The position numbers and the translations under genes were made by a program. Positions 14,212 to 28,363 of a stretch of DNA of 64,000 nt are shown piece by piece. Under the pieces are notes generated by a model that saw only the letters and a program-made list of their open reading frames with translations, did not search any database and was not told the DNA's origin. The stretch's first letter is position 1, and each line of letters begins with the position of its first letter. Origin of the DNA: Podarcis melisellensis (lineage: Eukaryota); NCBI GenBank assembly GCA_964234715.1, contig OZ174276.1; one strand, 5' to 3'.

Positions 14212-17200
14212 GGTGAGGGACAGAGAAGTGGCATTATTTATAAAAGATGATGGTTATGAACAATCTCAGCAGTGCCATTTTGGCACTGAAAAGTCAACAA
14301 AAATGTATGTGCCGGGATGTTCCAGAAACCCCAAAATTGTCATTCTAGCTTTCAGTACAAAATTAAAAGATTAATGAAACATAACCGGTGAAATGAGGCA
14401 CAACAATACCTTCAAGCTTTTCGCACAAGCACACTAATATGTAACATCTAACCCCTATCCCCACTTGCTTGGCAGGCTAACGTGGTAGTGAATTAGAACC
14501 ATGTATAGAAGAAGTGAATAACATCTGGCAAGTCCAATAATGCTGGCGGCGAAATTGCATTAGTGCTCTGCTTTGCTTAATTATTCCACAGTTATATCAC
14601 AAATATAGGTTGCAAGGAATAAAGCATAATTCCCAAACATAATGCCCACAATGTAAAGTTACCAATTTCCTTTGTTGAAAGGGAAATGTACAACGTGCCT
14701 ACGGGGAAATTTCCACTCTGTTCACCAAACACTGTATTCTCGCAAGTTGGGTTTTGGCACATGTGCCATAACATGAGTGTGTTTCATTAATCTGCACCAG
14801 CTTTGGCTGGTATGCCAATTGTTTCCCTTTCCTGGAGAGAGGTCTGCCTCAGCCACAGTAATCCATGCTCTGGTCATGTCCTGGCCTGGGTACTGTAATC
14901 TACGGTATTGTGCTCTCTGTTGGGGCTGCATTTGAACTTTCCTTCAGCTAATTCAAAATACAGCTGCCAGAGTCCCGACAGCTCGACCATGTAATACCAC
15001 TTGGGCATGGAAGTTGGCTCGTGTAACACCATCATTACACCAAGTGCACTGTTTGTCAATGCATTCCTAATAATTAAAGCTTTTAACAAATTCGGCTTGA
15101 TATATCTGAAGGACTGTCTAAAGCGTCAATATCAAATTGACCATAGGTTAAGATCAACAACAGAGCTCTCCTAGTCTGCCCACCAGTTAGTTCAGGGAGG
15201 TCCTTTTCTGTGGTGACCTCACAGCTCTTGAACTTCATAACAACTTATTTCTGGAAGGCTACCACACAACAGTGTTTTCAAAAGCCTTGGAAATCTACCT
15301 GTTTCAGGTAGTTTTCACATGACAGATATCTCTGAAGGCTTTTAATGAGCTTTCAATTGTACTATGAAATTATGTTGTATTAGGGTTGTCATATGAGGGG
15401 TACTCAGAAAAATGGCCTATTCATGTTTAAAAATAAAAATAAATTTCCATCTGAGTTACGAGTAATTTTCAGGAGATGTAAACAAAGTAATTCATTCTGA
15501 CATTTCATTTTGGCCTTTCTGGACAGAGTAACGTGTTGCATGGTATCTCTAAGCAGTAACATGAAAGGGCACAGGGATTTCTTACTCATGTTCACAAAAT
15601 GGTTTTCAATAGTATACATGGATTTCTTCCTTTAGCAGTTCATCTAAGTCTCAGCATGACAAGAGACAATAGGGCAACAACTCTAGATCCTGTATGGTGC
15701 CAGCCTATAAAGACCTGCATTTTGCCAGCAGATTCTTCCAAGAGGTTAACCTACTCTTCCAAGTTCTCTCAGTGGTAGCCTCTTAATTATGTCAATATGC
15801 ATATGAGTGTTACATAATCTTGCCTCCTGGGCTAGAAAAGCAGGATATCTGCATGCAAATATTCATTAAAAAGAAGCCAGCAATAATATCGTAATATCTT
15901 TACATACATAAAAGGAATTTGGCCTCAAAGCAAAAGATGACACACTACATTTGTATGCAAAGAACACCACACAGGCTCATTTATGCCTGGGTATGTGAGT
16001 CTTGTACCGACAGCAGAATGTATTAATAATAAAACAATGAAATAAACTAGCACAGGAGGGCTTCAGATTTAGGGGATGATTGGAGAATACTAAGCCATGA
16101 TCTAAAGAAACCCGGGACTGTTGGAAACTTGATCATATGCTGCTGGAGCTCAGAGGAAGAATATGTGACTGCGTGCCTAGTCAAGTAAAAAAGTTTAGCA
16201 CAGCATAGTCTGGGGGTGATCCATATTCTAAAGAGTAATCCATAGTGTGGCACAGGTACCTTACAGGGTTTTTGGAACATGATTTTTCTTCCTGTCATAT
16301 CTCAGGCTTTTCTGTGCATAACACAGCAGAGCGAGGAAACTCATGTCTGCATAGGGTTTCTCTTTGCTGGATCAGGATGAGGGACTAAAATGAACTAGCC
16401 AAGAATGGATAAGAAGCCTCCACTCAGGGGAGAGCTCAGAGTTGTGAAACTGCATCACAGCAGTAGGGAAACTCAGGCAAATATGCCCCTCCAGGCCTCT
16501 CCATCTAGGGTACTTTCCCTAGGCCATGCTCCCCTCCTCAGGCCACACCCCCTCTTCTGAGGCTCCCCATATCCCTCACTACCTGTGTTCTGCATCCTCC
16601 CTGAGTGCTTATGTCTGTGAACTGACAATACCTATTTCTTGCCTGGGTGGAGAGGTCTCTGTGTGGAGAAATCTCCGGCTTCCACATGGTTGCAGTACAA
16701 CCTAGTCACATCTGTTGCCTAACCCGCTTTTGCCTCTGCCCTCTTCCTTCAGTGGAAGGTTGCTTATAAGAAAATGCAGCTTCTAGGCTAATAAAGGTTT
16801 CCAACTCTGCTATATAATTTAAAGAGACTTCATTAAATTTTGTCACCTAAGGTCACAAAAAGAAAGAAAGAAAAAGGACACAGCCTTAATTTATTTGAGC
16901 AGAAGTTTATCTTCCGGTAATCGTTTAAAACCACATTCAGCACAGTTCCAAGTTTTCACCGATTTATCTGTACACTGGAAAAATGCCTGCCAGATTGTGG
17001 GAATGTACTGTATAAGAAAAGAAGCCCCCCAAATACAATTGGCAACTGCAACCACCCTTCCCGCTCTCAAATGAATTTCACCAGCTTTCCTTTTTGTAGC
17101 TCCCTCTTTTCTTCTCTGTTAGATGCTGTGTTTGTTTGCTTGCTTCCTCCATACAGAACTTGGGGCTTCTTTGCCCTCTGCTGCCTACTCCACTTTCCCC

Positions 17201-17519
17201 CTTTCTAGCTATTTGACCCTTCTCTCTTAGGTCTTCTCCCACCACCCTTGTTGGCCCCACCTTCCCCACAACTCTCCCCCCCCCCCCAGGACGCTAGTTT
17301 TGCCTAATATATCTCCTCTGAGGCAATTTGGAGGTAGTCATCCTCAGATGCTCTGATCTAGATGCAGTATGAGCTGAGATGACTTGGCCACTGTTGGGAT
17401 AAGTTCCAGTTCTCCTGGCACAAGGATGTTGACTCAAATGCGTTTGTCCTGCCACATATACTTCCTGACCGCTGCTGATCCCAGTTTATAAGAGTTAGCT
17501 GGAGGGGAGTGGCTGAATT

Positions 17520-18212
17520 TGCCCAGGGGTTGGTGAGACAGTGAAGGCACTGACCCAGAGCCTGGAGGTGCTAATGGCCTGGATGAGGGCCAATAAATGA
17601 ATTGTGACAAGATGATACTCTACTGGTGGGTTGCTTTGATGTCAAGATAATGGGTAGATGCCCTGTTTTGGATTGGGGTCAACTCACTTGAAGAAGTACC
17701 CACAGCACCTGCTCCTTCAAGGGAGTTTAACTCCTTGAAGATTCCATGGAGGCTGCAGCTAGTGCAGCATGCTACTTATTCTCCATGATCTGCACATGGT
17801 GCAGGGACCAAATACTTGATGAAGTGCCTCTTCTGGTATGTCCCAGCCTGACCATGGAGATCAGTAGAGGGTACCACCAAAGAAAGGCTAAGGGATGGCA
17901 ACTTAGCTGAGGACCTTCTCTCTGTGGAATTCCCAGCCTCTGGAGGCCTGTCTGTCATCACCTATACTCCAATTCTGTTGGATACTGAAGACATGCCTCT
18001 TTACCCAGGCCTTTGAATCTTATTGAGGTTGCTCTTTAGGGTCAGTGAATTTAACAATCTATGGGAATGTTTTATCTTGTTTGCTGTTTAAAGGCTTGTG
18101 ATTATCTATTATGCTTTTGTATTGTTGTCTACCTGTGTATTTTATAATCTTACTCTGAGCTGCTCAGCAATTTTTAAAAATTAAGATTGATCTATAAATG
18201 GATTTAATAAAT
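17520..18212 (+). mobile_element. Old decayed L2 fragment
   Basis: TGGATGAGGGCCAATAAA (WMRANK, L2 RT C-terminal motif), a downstream TGGAATTCCC remnant and an AATAAATAAA tail. Boundaries approximate. Confidence 0.55.
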
Positions 18213-18474
18213 AAATGAACTAAATGAACTAAATGAACTAAATAAGGCTGTCATTTACTTTCCTTCTCAGACATTATTTTGAGCTTAACAGTGCTCACTT
18301 TCTAAAATATATTCTCAGAAGAAATGTTTGAACAGCAGTTTTGAACCAGCAAGAGAGGCTTTGGGGCATAATTTGTGCTGTGAAAATGCCACCTGTCTGT
18401 GTGTTGAAGGCATTTTTCTTCCAGCTCACTGCATACCTAGAGCATTTGGACACCCTAGTCAGAACTCTCACTCA

Positions 18475-18782
18475 CACAGAGGATGCCTGTTTTCAATCTG
18501 CTTGTGAAAATTATCAGAGATCGCAAAGAAAGGAATATACGATAACAACAAGAAGAGAAAGAAAATAATAAAGGACTATCTGGATTGAACTGGATAGAAC
18601 TGTCTAATTAAAGCAGTAATATAAGTGATGTTTGGACTCGTTCAGAGTTTTGGACTCATGCGGAGCTTGATGTATGGCTACCCCCAACAAAATTTAAAAT
18701 TTGGCTGTATAATTTGGAACTAATGTGATTTGGATAATGTGATGTGATTGGCCTGTTAATAAAAAATATTTTTTTTAAAAAA
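18475..18782 (+). mobile_element. Short poly(A)-tailed retroposed insert, probably an L1 3' fragment
   Basis: AATAAA plus A/T tail; flanked by an 18-bp direct repeat AGTCAGAAC(T/C)CTCACTCA (18457-18474, 18783-18800). Confidence 0.7.
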
Positions 18783-19225
18783 AGTCAGAACCCTCACTCA
18801 GCAAATTAAATTATCCAGTCCCAATAATTCCTGAGCTCTTGGATACTATAATAATAAAGTTCTTTTGCTTGTCATAAGGAACACGTGAGCTTCTGTAAAA
18901 ATAAATAAATCATTTAATTGTTTGCACTGCTGTTTTTATATTATACCACTTAAAGGTTATTGCTAATATTACTTTCCAAGTGTGGAATCTAAGGTTTACT
19001 TTTGAAATTCCAGTTCCAGAAGTATTTAGATATTTCACGCTGGAAGACAGACTAAGAAAGGGAAGCTAGTGGGTCAGCTTCTGGATTTGTTTTGCTCAGC
19101 ATGTACAAAATGAGTGGCAGGCCAGATCAAGGTGCAATGAGGTTCTTAAAATGTGTTTATTTATTTAACTGCAGACCTGGCAGCTGGATGCTTACATAGT
19201 AATGTGAAGCAGGGGACCCAGATAT

Positions 19226-19229
<4 letters not shown>

Positions 19230-19284
<55 letters not shown>
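19230..19284. repeat. (TA)n microsatellite
   Basis: Read directly from the sequence. Confidence 0.95.
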
Positions 19285-19287
<3 letters not shown>

Positions 19288-21311
19288 CACATAATAGAAC
19301 TCTGTTTTAGATTTACACCTAAATACTTGAGGGTGCCTGTCAAAAACTTGTCATATTTATCCAGCTACGGATCAATATACCTTACTGTGATTGCTATGAA
19401 ATAGGATTGTTATTAATGCCTTGGATTCATAAACCAACTGAAACTTTGTCTTTTAACCTTTCATGATAAGCACATTTGCATTTTTGTCTATCAATTCTGG
19501 AGATATATTACACCATCTCTATGCCATTCTTCATCTCCCGTAATTTCAGAAGAGGAAATTCTTCCCAGAAAGAGGAAAAAGCTTATTGCTAGCATGACAA
19601 ATAGCCTTTTTGGCAACTTCTAATTTAGTACAAGCCTGCCTCCCACCCTATACAAACAGGATGCATGTGTGCATGCACGCACACATGTTTGGATCATTGG
19701 GCTTAGGAGGAGCACATGCTGCACTTTGTCAGAACAAACCAAGCTCCCACCACAGGACTGGAGGTTGAATGTATTATGATCCCATCAGCTAGGCCTTAGG
19801 GAATACTCCATGCACATGGTGAGGTATCTAGACACCCAGCAAAGTATCTATAGACCCAGCTAAGATCTTTTACATCCCCTGCCACTGCACTCAGCACTGC
19901 CTCCTTTAGTTTCTTCTTATCCTTCTTGGCCTCTCTCTGCAGTGCTAAGATCTTCCTATTTAGAGGTCAGACTTTAATTCCTGTTGGTGAAAACTACAGA
20001 GTTCTCCCCCAGTCCATATCCTGAACACCATAAAGCACACTTTTCATGCATTTATGTATCTGCTGTAAGTTTCAGTGTCTCCAATTTTAAATGCCAGGAG
20101 TGGTATCAAATTTCTTCATTTAAGTTCACACCGGAGTACCCTGGTGATGTAATTTCTGATCTTTGCTGGCTCCAATAAACATTTTTGTGAACCTATTTCC
20201 CCTCTATTCTAATATTTGACCTTCTATTGCAACGTAGACATTCAGTGCCATATTTTACACTATTTTCTCACCTGCTCATCCCCCATTTCTGGTCTGCCAT
20301 CCTCCAGTGCCCAAAGCAATAACCCAAGACTATCTAACAGCTCTGCAGGGTTCCATTCAGAGAACTGCCAGTCCTTGGCAGAGCAGAGCACATAAGAAAA
20401 ATTCTCTTTCTGTTTTCACAAATGTGCATTGAAGAAATATGCTATTGCTCAAGGTCTCATCAGCATTTACTTTCATCTTTCCTCACATTTGTACCAAAAA
20501 AAAAAATCTTTTTATTATCTTAACAAATTAACAAGACATGGCAGTTCTGCTGCAATCATGTTATATAAACATCTCCCATGAAGATATATCATTAGATTAT
20601 ATTTTAAGCTCCCATATGTCATAGAATTCATGCTGAAGCAACCTTACAAAGCAATCTTTATGACAGATTTCTATGGATTAACCAGGTTCCCCTCCCCTCT
20701 CCCAACAATTTTCTCTGACATTTTGTTAAAACTTTAATACTCTAAGCATTGACAGTTGACATCCTTTCTGACACTACTTTTACCAAACATCAGCATATGC
20801 TACAAAATAGTAAATGATGCCTTGCAGATTTAGGCCTCTTAGCTTGAAATACACAGAAATGTGTTGGTAACCAATGGCACCACCAATTATATTATTAACT
20901 CTATTATGCACTATTCAGTTTTCTGGCTTCTTTCAGAAATCACTTAGATCTTCTAGATTTCTTTGCATTGTGTTGTTCTTGCCGCCCGCTGCATAAACTT
21001 TACAATGTGCCGTAAACATTACAGCCTTTATTAATAGGCAGCATGTATTTAAATAGCCTTTTATACTCCAGCTGCTGGTGATGTACATGAAACACGGCAT
21101 TCGATGTAACTGGAGCTTATGGTGGGAAGGTGAGGGAGTGTAGAAGGGATCTTAATGGCCATTTGCAGGCCTAACACCTTTTAGTTTTTTTACAGACTAG
21201 AGCTGCCAACATACACAGATAGGGGCAAATCATAAGCATCACCATTATGGGCCAGTGCAACTGGTAATTAACAGTTGCATCACACAAGCATCTCTGGATT
21301 GGTTCCCTATA

Positions 21312-21512
21312 NNNNNNNNNNNNNNNNNNNNNNNNNNNNNNNNNNNNNNNNNNNNNNNNNNNNNNNNNNNNNNNNNNNNNNNNNNNNNNNNNNNNNNNNN
21401 NNNNNNNNNNNNNNNNNNNNNNNNNNNNNNNNNNNNNNNNNNNNNNNNNNNNNNNNNNNNNNNNNNNNNNNNNNNNNNNNNNNNNNNNNNNNNNNNNNNN
21501 NNNNNNNNNNNN
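21312..21512. other. Assembly gap (about 200 N)
   Basis: Run of N adjacent to a Sauria SINE. Confidence 0.99.
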
Positions 21513-21847
21513 CGCTGTGGTCTAAACCACAGAGCCTAGGGCTTTCCGATCAGAATGTCGGCAGTTCAAATCCACGCGATGGGGTGAGCTCCCATTGCTC
21601 GGTCCCAGCTCCTGCCCACCTAGCTGTTCGAAAGCACATCAAAGTGCAAGTAGATAAATAGGTACCACTCTGGCGGGAAGGTAAACAGCGTTTCCATGTG
21701 CTACTCTGGCTTGCCGGAAGCAGCTTAGTCATGCTGGCCACATAACCCGAAAGCTGTACGCCGGCTCCCTCGGCCAGTAAAGCGAAATGAGCGCTACAAC
21801 CCCAGAGTCATCCGCGACTGGACCTAATGGTCAGGGGTCCCTTTACC
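21513..21847 (+). mobile_element. Sauria SINE (5' end lost in the assembly gap)
   Basis: Sauria SINE body (AAAGTGCAAGTAGATAAATAGGTACC) with a CCTTTACC tail; similar to the copies at 37070 and 40490. Confidence 0.88.
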
Positions 21848-24122
21848 ATAATATTTGAAGAAGAAAAAGGCTTCTCGATGCTTTGAGATGGGAAAGGCTT
21901 TGTTTCGAATGAAACTAGTTCACATTTCTATGGGAGATTGAGGTGCAGAGGGATTTTGTTTAGAGGAAGGAGGGAGATTAGAAAAGTGGGGAAAGGCTTC
22001 ATTGAATCTACTTTAGAGTTAATTGAATACTAGTTACTGAAACTATCAGCAGATGGAGCTGCTGCTTTACCTAACCTATTTTAAAGAACACACCAAGGAG
22101 CAATTTCCACCCATTATAAATAGCAGTTTCAAAGGAGTGATTTTTGTCAGGAACCCAACAAAAGAAGAAAGGGTTATATTCCTCTTCCTCACCTGCTGCA
22201 ATAACCCAAATGCTCAACATTTTAGAATGGACATTTTAAAAGACATGCATATAAAGGCAAATATGATTTTAACATCAGATTTAGTTTGGCTCAAACACTG
22301 TGTTTAATAATGAGCGTTCTATGTTTTCACATGCTAAAACAGCCAAAAATATCAATTTTGCTCCATGATTCTGCTTTTTCAAACATTTTCCTGCTGAGGA
22401 CTATTAGTCCTAGGCTTCTTGCATGAGAAAGCTGCAGGAAAATCCAATGAAGGGCTATCAAACCCTGCACCAAAAATACAAGGGGGTAAGCATTATTAGA
22501 ATCAGTCTTTTTTTTTAAATGGAGGTATAGTTTGTATGGTATGTGGCAGGGGTGGGGAATCTCCAAGCCATAGGCCTGGCAAAATTCCTAATTTGGCTCC
22601 CTCAAACCATGGCCACCTGCCTCAAATCTAATGTCGTATGTGCCATGAGATGTGAACCAGGCTGGGATATGACTGTTTCAGTTGCATAGATGATCCCTGC
22701 GGAAAGCCAGGTTGAACTCACCGCCTATAATCTAATAGGGCAATGAATCCAACCCTGTTGTGCAACTGGCTTCCCTATGGGGAACTGGGCCATGCAGCTG
22801 ATTCTTAAAGAAAGCAGCTCTTCTGCTGCAGTTCCCAAGCACCCAACAATCAGCTGCCCCGCCCCCCATTGAACCCTACTGGAGTATCGTACATATGTCA
22901 ATAAAGGTTTGAGAGTCTGACATCTCAGCATAGCAAGGGAGGCTGTAACCAGGTGATCTTGCTTATTCAGTCTGCTGTGCAGGTGTTAAGCACTGACTCA
23001 GAGCTCCAAGGCTCCTGCTCTGCCTTCTTATGATTCTTTATCTTTAAATCAGACTTTGACTGCACAGTGTTTCAGAAAACTCATTCCAAAAGAGGACAGC
23101 TCCCAAGTCCTTCACATTGGTGACTGTCATCTGTAAAGCAGTACACATGGCTACCATACTAGGGTAAGATTATGGGATAGCGTGATCAGAAGAAGAGACT
23201 GAGGAATCTGGTTCTTGGGTTCTCAGTTGTTCTCTTTGCAAATCTGGAGGTCCAGTTAGTCAAGAAGAAGTGTGCTAAGACTCCTGAGTTCAATTTTATA
23301 TATGGGGTGTATGGTATATCCAGATTTAAGTGAGAGAGTGGGGAGACAGATAATGCAAAGCATTATCACTACTTTCACAAATCCATACCTTTTTTTAAAA
23401 AATAAAAAATATTAAATTATGTTCCTGTGGAACAAACTGTGCCGGATTTTCAGCCCCAGCTGGAATCTCCCTAGTGAGCTTTACTATACCTTCTGGCTAA
23501 AAAAGGCTTCATAAAAATCAGCCAAATCCCTGAAGGAAAATAAAAGGATTTAAACATAAGCAGCTGCCCTATGTTGCTTGACTAACAAAATTTAAAAAAA
23601 TGTGTTCTTAAGAATCCATGAACTGAAAGCCTAAGGCTAGCCAATGGTCCATTTCAAGAATGGTCAAGTGGACTCTGAAATAAAATAATAAAGCATTCAG
23701 CCAGCCCACACCTTCTGGCCATTTAACAGCCCAAGATAAAATTCAGCTCAACCAAAGGAGGAGTAGTATAGCTAATTCTATTCCATGGAGCAAATATGTC
23801 ACCGAAATGTTGAATATAAAAGTGAAGACAGATATTTTCTAAAATGTGGGGAAAATGGATTCAACATGCATTTTCTGTATTCTGAGGAATTCTGAGGAAC
23901 ACATCCAAAGTGATACTTAACTTCCTGGTCTTCCCTGCCTGCTTGCTGCCTCAAATTCTGTATGATGTCTAAGATAGACAACAGTTTCCTGCTTACTAAT
24001 TAAATGTCTCCTGTTCAACGCTTCCACTAAGGAAATATGACACTAAGGTATAGTGCTTGCAAAATGATCTCACACTGGAGGACAAGGGAAGAGCCAATAT
24101 TGACTTTAGCACAGAGCATACT

Positions 24123-24345
24123 TGTCATCTAGTGGTTAGAGCGACAGGCTAGAACCTTAGAAACCACAGGGTTCAAATTCCCACTTGGCCATTAATTTTA
24201 CTGATTGATCTTGGGCCAGTAACTGCCTCTCAGCCTAACCTACATCAAAGAGTCATGGGGAAATAAATGAGGAACAGAGAACGGTATACACCACCCTGAT
24301 CTCCTTGCAGAAAAAGGTGGGATATAAATGCAATACATTAAATAA
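24123..24345 (+). mobile_element. Old tRNA-derived SINE (MIR/Squam3-like)
   Basis: A box TAGTGGTTAGAG, B box GGTTCAAATTCC, core CTCTCAGCCTAACCTAC, L2-like tail. A related remnant lies near 45800-45920. Confidence 0.6.
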
Positions 24346-26843
24346 CAAACAAAAACATTATAACATGGGATCATTTGGATGATGTCCATGAGCCTGACAG
24401 GCTTAAAGAGAACCAGAGAGAAGGTAAATTTTGCATGCCTTTTTTGAGCCACAGCAGGACCAACCATGTTTATGAAGTAGGAAGACTTTAAAAAAACCTT
24501 TGCCAGACAAGGGTGTGTGACTTATTACAAGCAGAGATAAAATATCTTTTATCAAGCTCTCTAATGGAGAGTGGATTTGTTGACTGGGAGTTTACTGTTT
24601 CCACCTCATATGTCAACATTACCAGCTACTGGGTTTCATAGAAAACAAACCTAAGTATTTGCTTGAATGCATGATTGTCAACATTCATAATGTAACTTAT
24701 GGAGAACATATTGCTTGCCACATTGTATTTATAAATCCAGCAATCTGTGTTGATGAGGTTCAGGAAAGAGAGTTCTTCGGAGGAGCTGCATCAGTGGTAA
24801 CAAATGAGGCATTACATTACCTTCTATCACACTATCAGCATCAACAGCTGAGATTTAAGGGGCTTCTGCAGAGGGTTGGAAACGCTTTTTCAATTATGAA
24901 ATGGATGCAGGCCACTTCTGAAGGAGGCTGCAGATTACCTCTGACAGCACTAGTAGTATAATCCACTTTAAAGCTATACAGACTAGCCATGGAAGTAAAG
25001 TCCACCAAACTCAATCGATCTAATTTCAAGTAGACATGCATTGGATTGCACTGTAAGGTGCTATGTTAAATACATGTATGCATTTAACGTAACCTTTTTG
25101 CTTTAAAAAAACAGCCATTCAGGGAGGGGAAACGAGCATGGTGGGGGAATTAAACTCCCTACAAGCTACAATGTTGATGGATCCCTGGCCCCTCTGCTAT
25201 TTTCTCTTGAAGGGAAGCTGCAATTGGATTGCAGAAACTGTAAAGTTAAGTAATTATGTTAGAAACTGACTTTTAAAAATATATATATATGCATATTTGT
25301 AACCACAACCGTGGGAGTTTGTCCTTTGTCTTCCTTGTAAGAGTTTTGATTTTGACATTCATTCAATACCTTCTAACTTCTGGGCATCGTAGCTATGCCA
25401 TGTTCAACTTGTACACACCATTCTTGCAAATAAAACTTAAAAAATGTGAAATTGGCAAGACTTCCCCCTTCAGTTCTGCAGCAGTCTTGGTAGACTTTCA
25501 AAGCAAAATGAGCAAAACATTTTTTTAAATAAATAAAAAAAGAAAGCTATTGTTTTTGAAATGGTGGCATGATCTTCCTTGCTATAGAATCATAGAACTG
25601 GAAGAAAGAATATTACTGAGAGCACTAATCAGCTCCTCAAGATTACAGGGATTTGAGTTCTGTCTTCCTCCTCCTATGAATAGGATGAGCATTACCAGCT
25701 GAGGATGGACTGTCTGAGTGTGAGGCAATTCTCAAAAAATTAAAATACTATTTTGTTTTTTATTCTTGTCATGTTTCAGGATAAATATTCATTTTGAGAT
25801 AGCCCAGCCTTTCATCCTCCAAAGGACTGGAAGAAGCAGAGCTGTTAATTCACTACAGCAAAAAAGTTGACAGTCTTTGCCATAGCAATTTGGAAAGACA
25901 GTATGTGCCAAGTTTATATTCCCATGATACTGCACCATATGCATTTTGTAAGTTCTGAAAGCTTGTAAAGTTTCCTACTGAAGTAGTCGTGTTACAACTT
26001 GCATGCCCATATGCTCTAGCAAACTTGCAATGGCATTTTCTCACATCAGTTACCATAGTTTAGGCTGATAGGAAATGACAACTGCATCCCCTAGCATTGC
26101 TAAAAGTTAGATGAAGCCTTGGCTGAATTCTCTTAAATGAACTGCTGTTGTTGTCAGACATAAACTAACTCATCACTCCGGATTTCATAGATCTAAGGCA
26201 TGGAAAATGAGAATATTTCTAATGGCAGAATGCAGCTACATTTTCATGATTCATACAGACTTTGAACATGCTGTGTTTGCAATACAAACAAAATACTGAT
26301 TGAAAAGGACAAAAGTAACTTTGGATGGCACAATGTGTTCATTCTGTGCAAATGTCATTCCAATCTAATAAATATAAGATTCCATGTGGTTTAGTGTTTC
26401 ATTATATTATTTCATAATCTTCCATCCAATGAAACATTGCCTTCCTTTACACTATCGGGGTCTCTTAACGATCCAGCACTTTGAGTTGGCTCATGCAGTG
26501 CAAATCTCCCCCATGTTTGTCACTGGAGAACATGAGGCCACAACTGGGAGGTGCTCATAGGTTAGTGCTCCCACCCAGGGGCCAACTAAGCAGTTGCAAT
26601 GACCTGTGTGATTATGTCATCTTACAAATTGCAGTAGATGCACGGACAACGTCATGTAGGTGCACTGATTAATAGAGAATACCACCTTTGTAAGAGCCTA
26701 ATTGTGAAACCCTGCAGACTCCCTAAGTAGCTTCTCTGAGCCTTCCCTGAACTAACATTCTGCTACCTTCATTGATTTTGACACTCCCATTCCAAGGACC
26801 AACCGAAGTGGTGCAGCACATGACACTCCCTCTCTAAATTAAG

Positions 26844-26847
<4 letters not shown>

Positions 26848-26884
<37 letters not shown>

Positions 26885-27075
26885 GTAATAATTTTTATTT
26901 ATAACCCACCCATATTATTTTTTTTTTAAAAAACCATAAGACATAAAAAAAATGTCCCAATACAGGGCTGCCTTCAGATGTCTTCTAAAAGTCAGATAGT
27001 TGTTTATTTCCTTGACATCTGATGGGAAGGTTTTCCACAGGGCAGGCGCCACTACCAAGGAGGTCCTCTGCCCAA
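26848..27075 (-). mobile_element. L2 LINE 3' end
   Basis: VVAPALWKTFPSDVKEINNYLTFRRHLKAALY followed by a (TTA)n tail. Related tail-only fragments at about 4817-4930 (-) and 46395-46500 (+). Confidence 0.75.
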
Positions 27076-28363
27076 GGCTTATTTTTCCATCTGAGCCTGA
27101 TAATCCCACTTGTGCCTCTTTGGTTGCTGACAGTAAAAGTGCAATCATTAAAGATCTGTAGCTTCTAGTGTGGTGTGCCAGCCATGACCTTGCCACTGCC
27201 CTGCCCCACTCCATCTAGCACCATCCAGGAAAGCTGCAGAGATGCCGGTGTTGGGAAAAGCAGCTCTGCACCACCATACAAGACACTACTGTTATGAACT
27301 AACTAATTAGCTGCCCATTCAATACATCTAGAATCAGCTGCCCTCCCACTCTGTTTGACGGAATGGCCAGTGCTGCCCACCCTCCTTCCCAGCTCCTCCA
27401 CCTAGTCACGGTTCTCAAATGTTGAACGAAAATCCTTTTGATAGGGACCATAAGGACTAAACTAAGCATGACTGGCAAGATCTATGATTAAGATCTCCCA
27501 GCAATGTAATCAAAATTCAAAAAATAGTAGCTGTAGCATGCCACCAGTAGCCCTGTGGCACTGGAAATATTGTTCACCTGATAAAAATTATGCCCCTTAG
27601 CTGCTAGTATCTCTACAGAGCATATAGTATTTTGGGGGGTGGGGGACAATTTTATTCACAAAAACATCACCAGTGGGGTGGGGGAAGGGCTAAGACCCCT
27701 CTTCACCAACATTACAGTCCTAAGGCCATTCTCACCACAGCTGCTTTGTTCACTGATTTAACCATCTCCTAACCACAAGTTTTGTCTCCCATGTCATTGC
27801 AAAAACAAGATTATTTTTTAAAAAAATGACTACTAATAGTATAATAACGCTTACAGTAGGTTAATCCAAACAATCTGTGATCAGATATTAGAGCCACAAT
27901 GAGAGATGGTGAGAAAAGGATTATTTTTCTGCTTTTAAAATATATTTTTCTCCTGTTGCCCAAAGTAAGAAATTAGCCCATTTATGCAATTCTACTGGAT
28001 GACAAAGTTACAGAAGTGGGAATTTGGACTGCAGCAATTTTAAGCTGAGCTGGCAGCACTTTCAACAAAAGAAAATACTATGATTAGCAGATTTCATTAT
28101 TCCATACAAAAATAGCTGTTCAGTTCTAGCAGGTTTAAATTCTTGTTGCAGCTGTTATAACAACCGGACATCTTCAAAGCCTGAAATTCATCATTTCCCC
28201 ATGCCAGGAGGTAGGGGTTATTTATACAGTCATTTACAAAGCTAAGTTATTGGTTCAGAAGCAATGTGTAATGAATGAGGCAACTCGGTTTTCCTAAAAG
28301 ATTTTGCAGAAATACCTAGGGTACTCAGCCTCCCTGCTTCTCTAGAGGCAAAAGGTATAATAG

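Noticed and set aside
21255-21661. ORFs spanning the N run
   Set aside because: Artefacts of the assembly gap.
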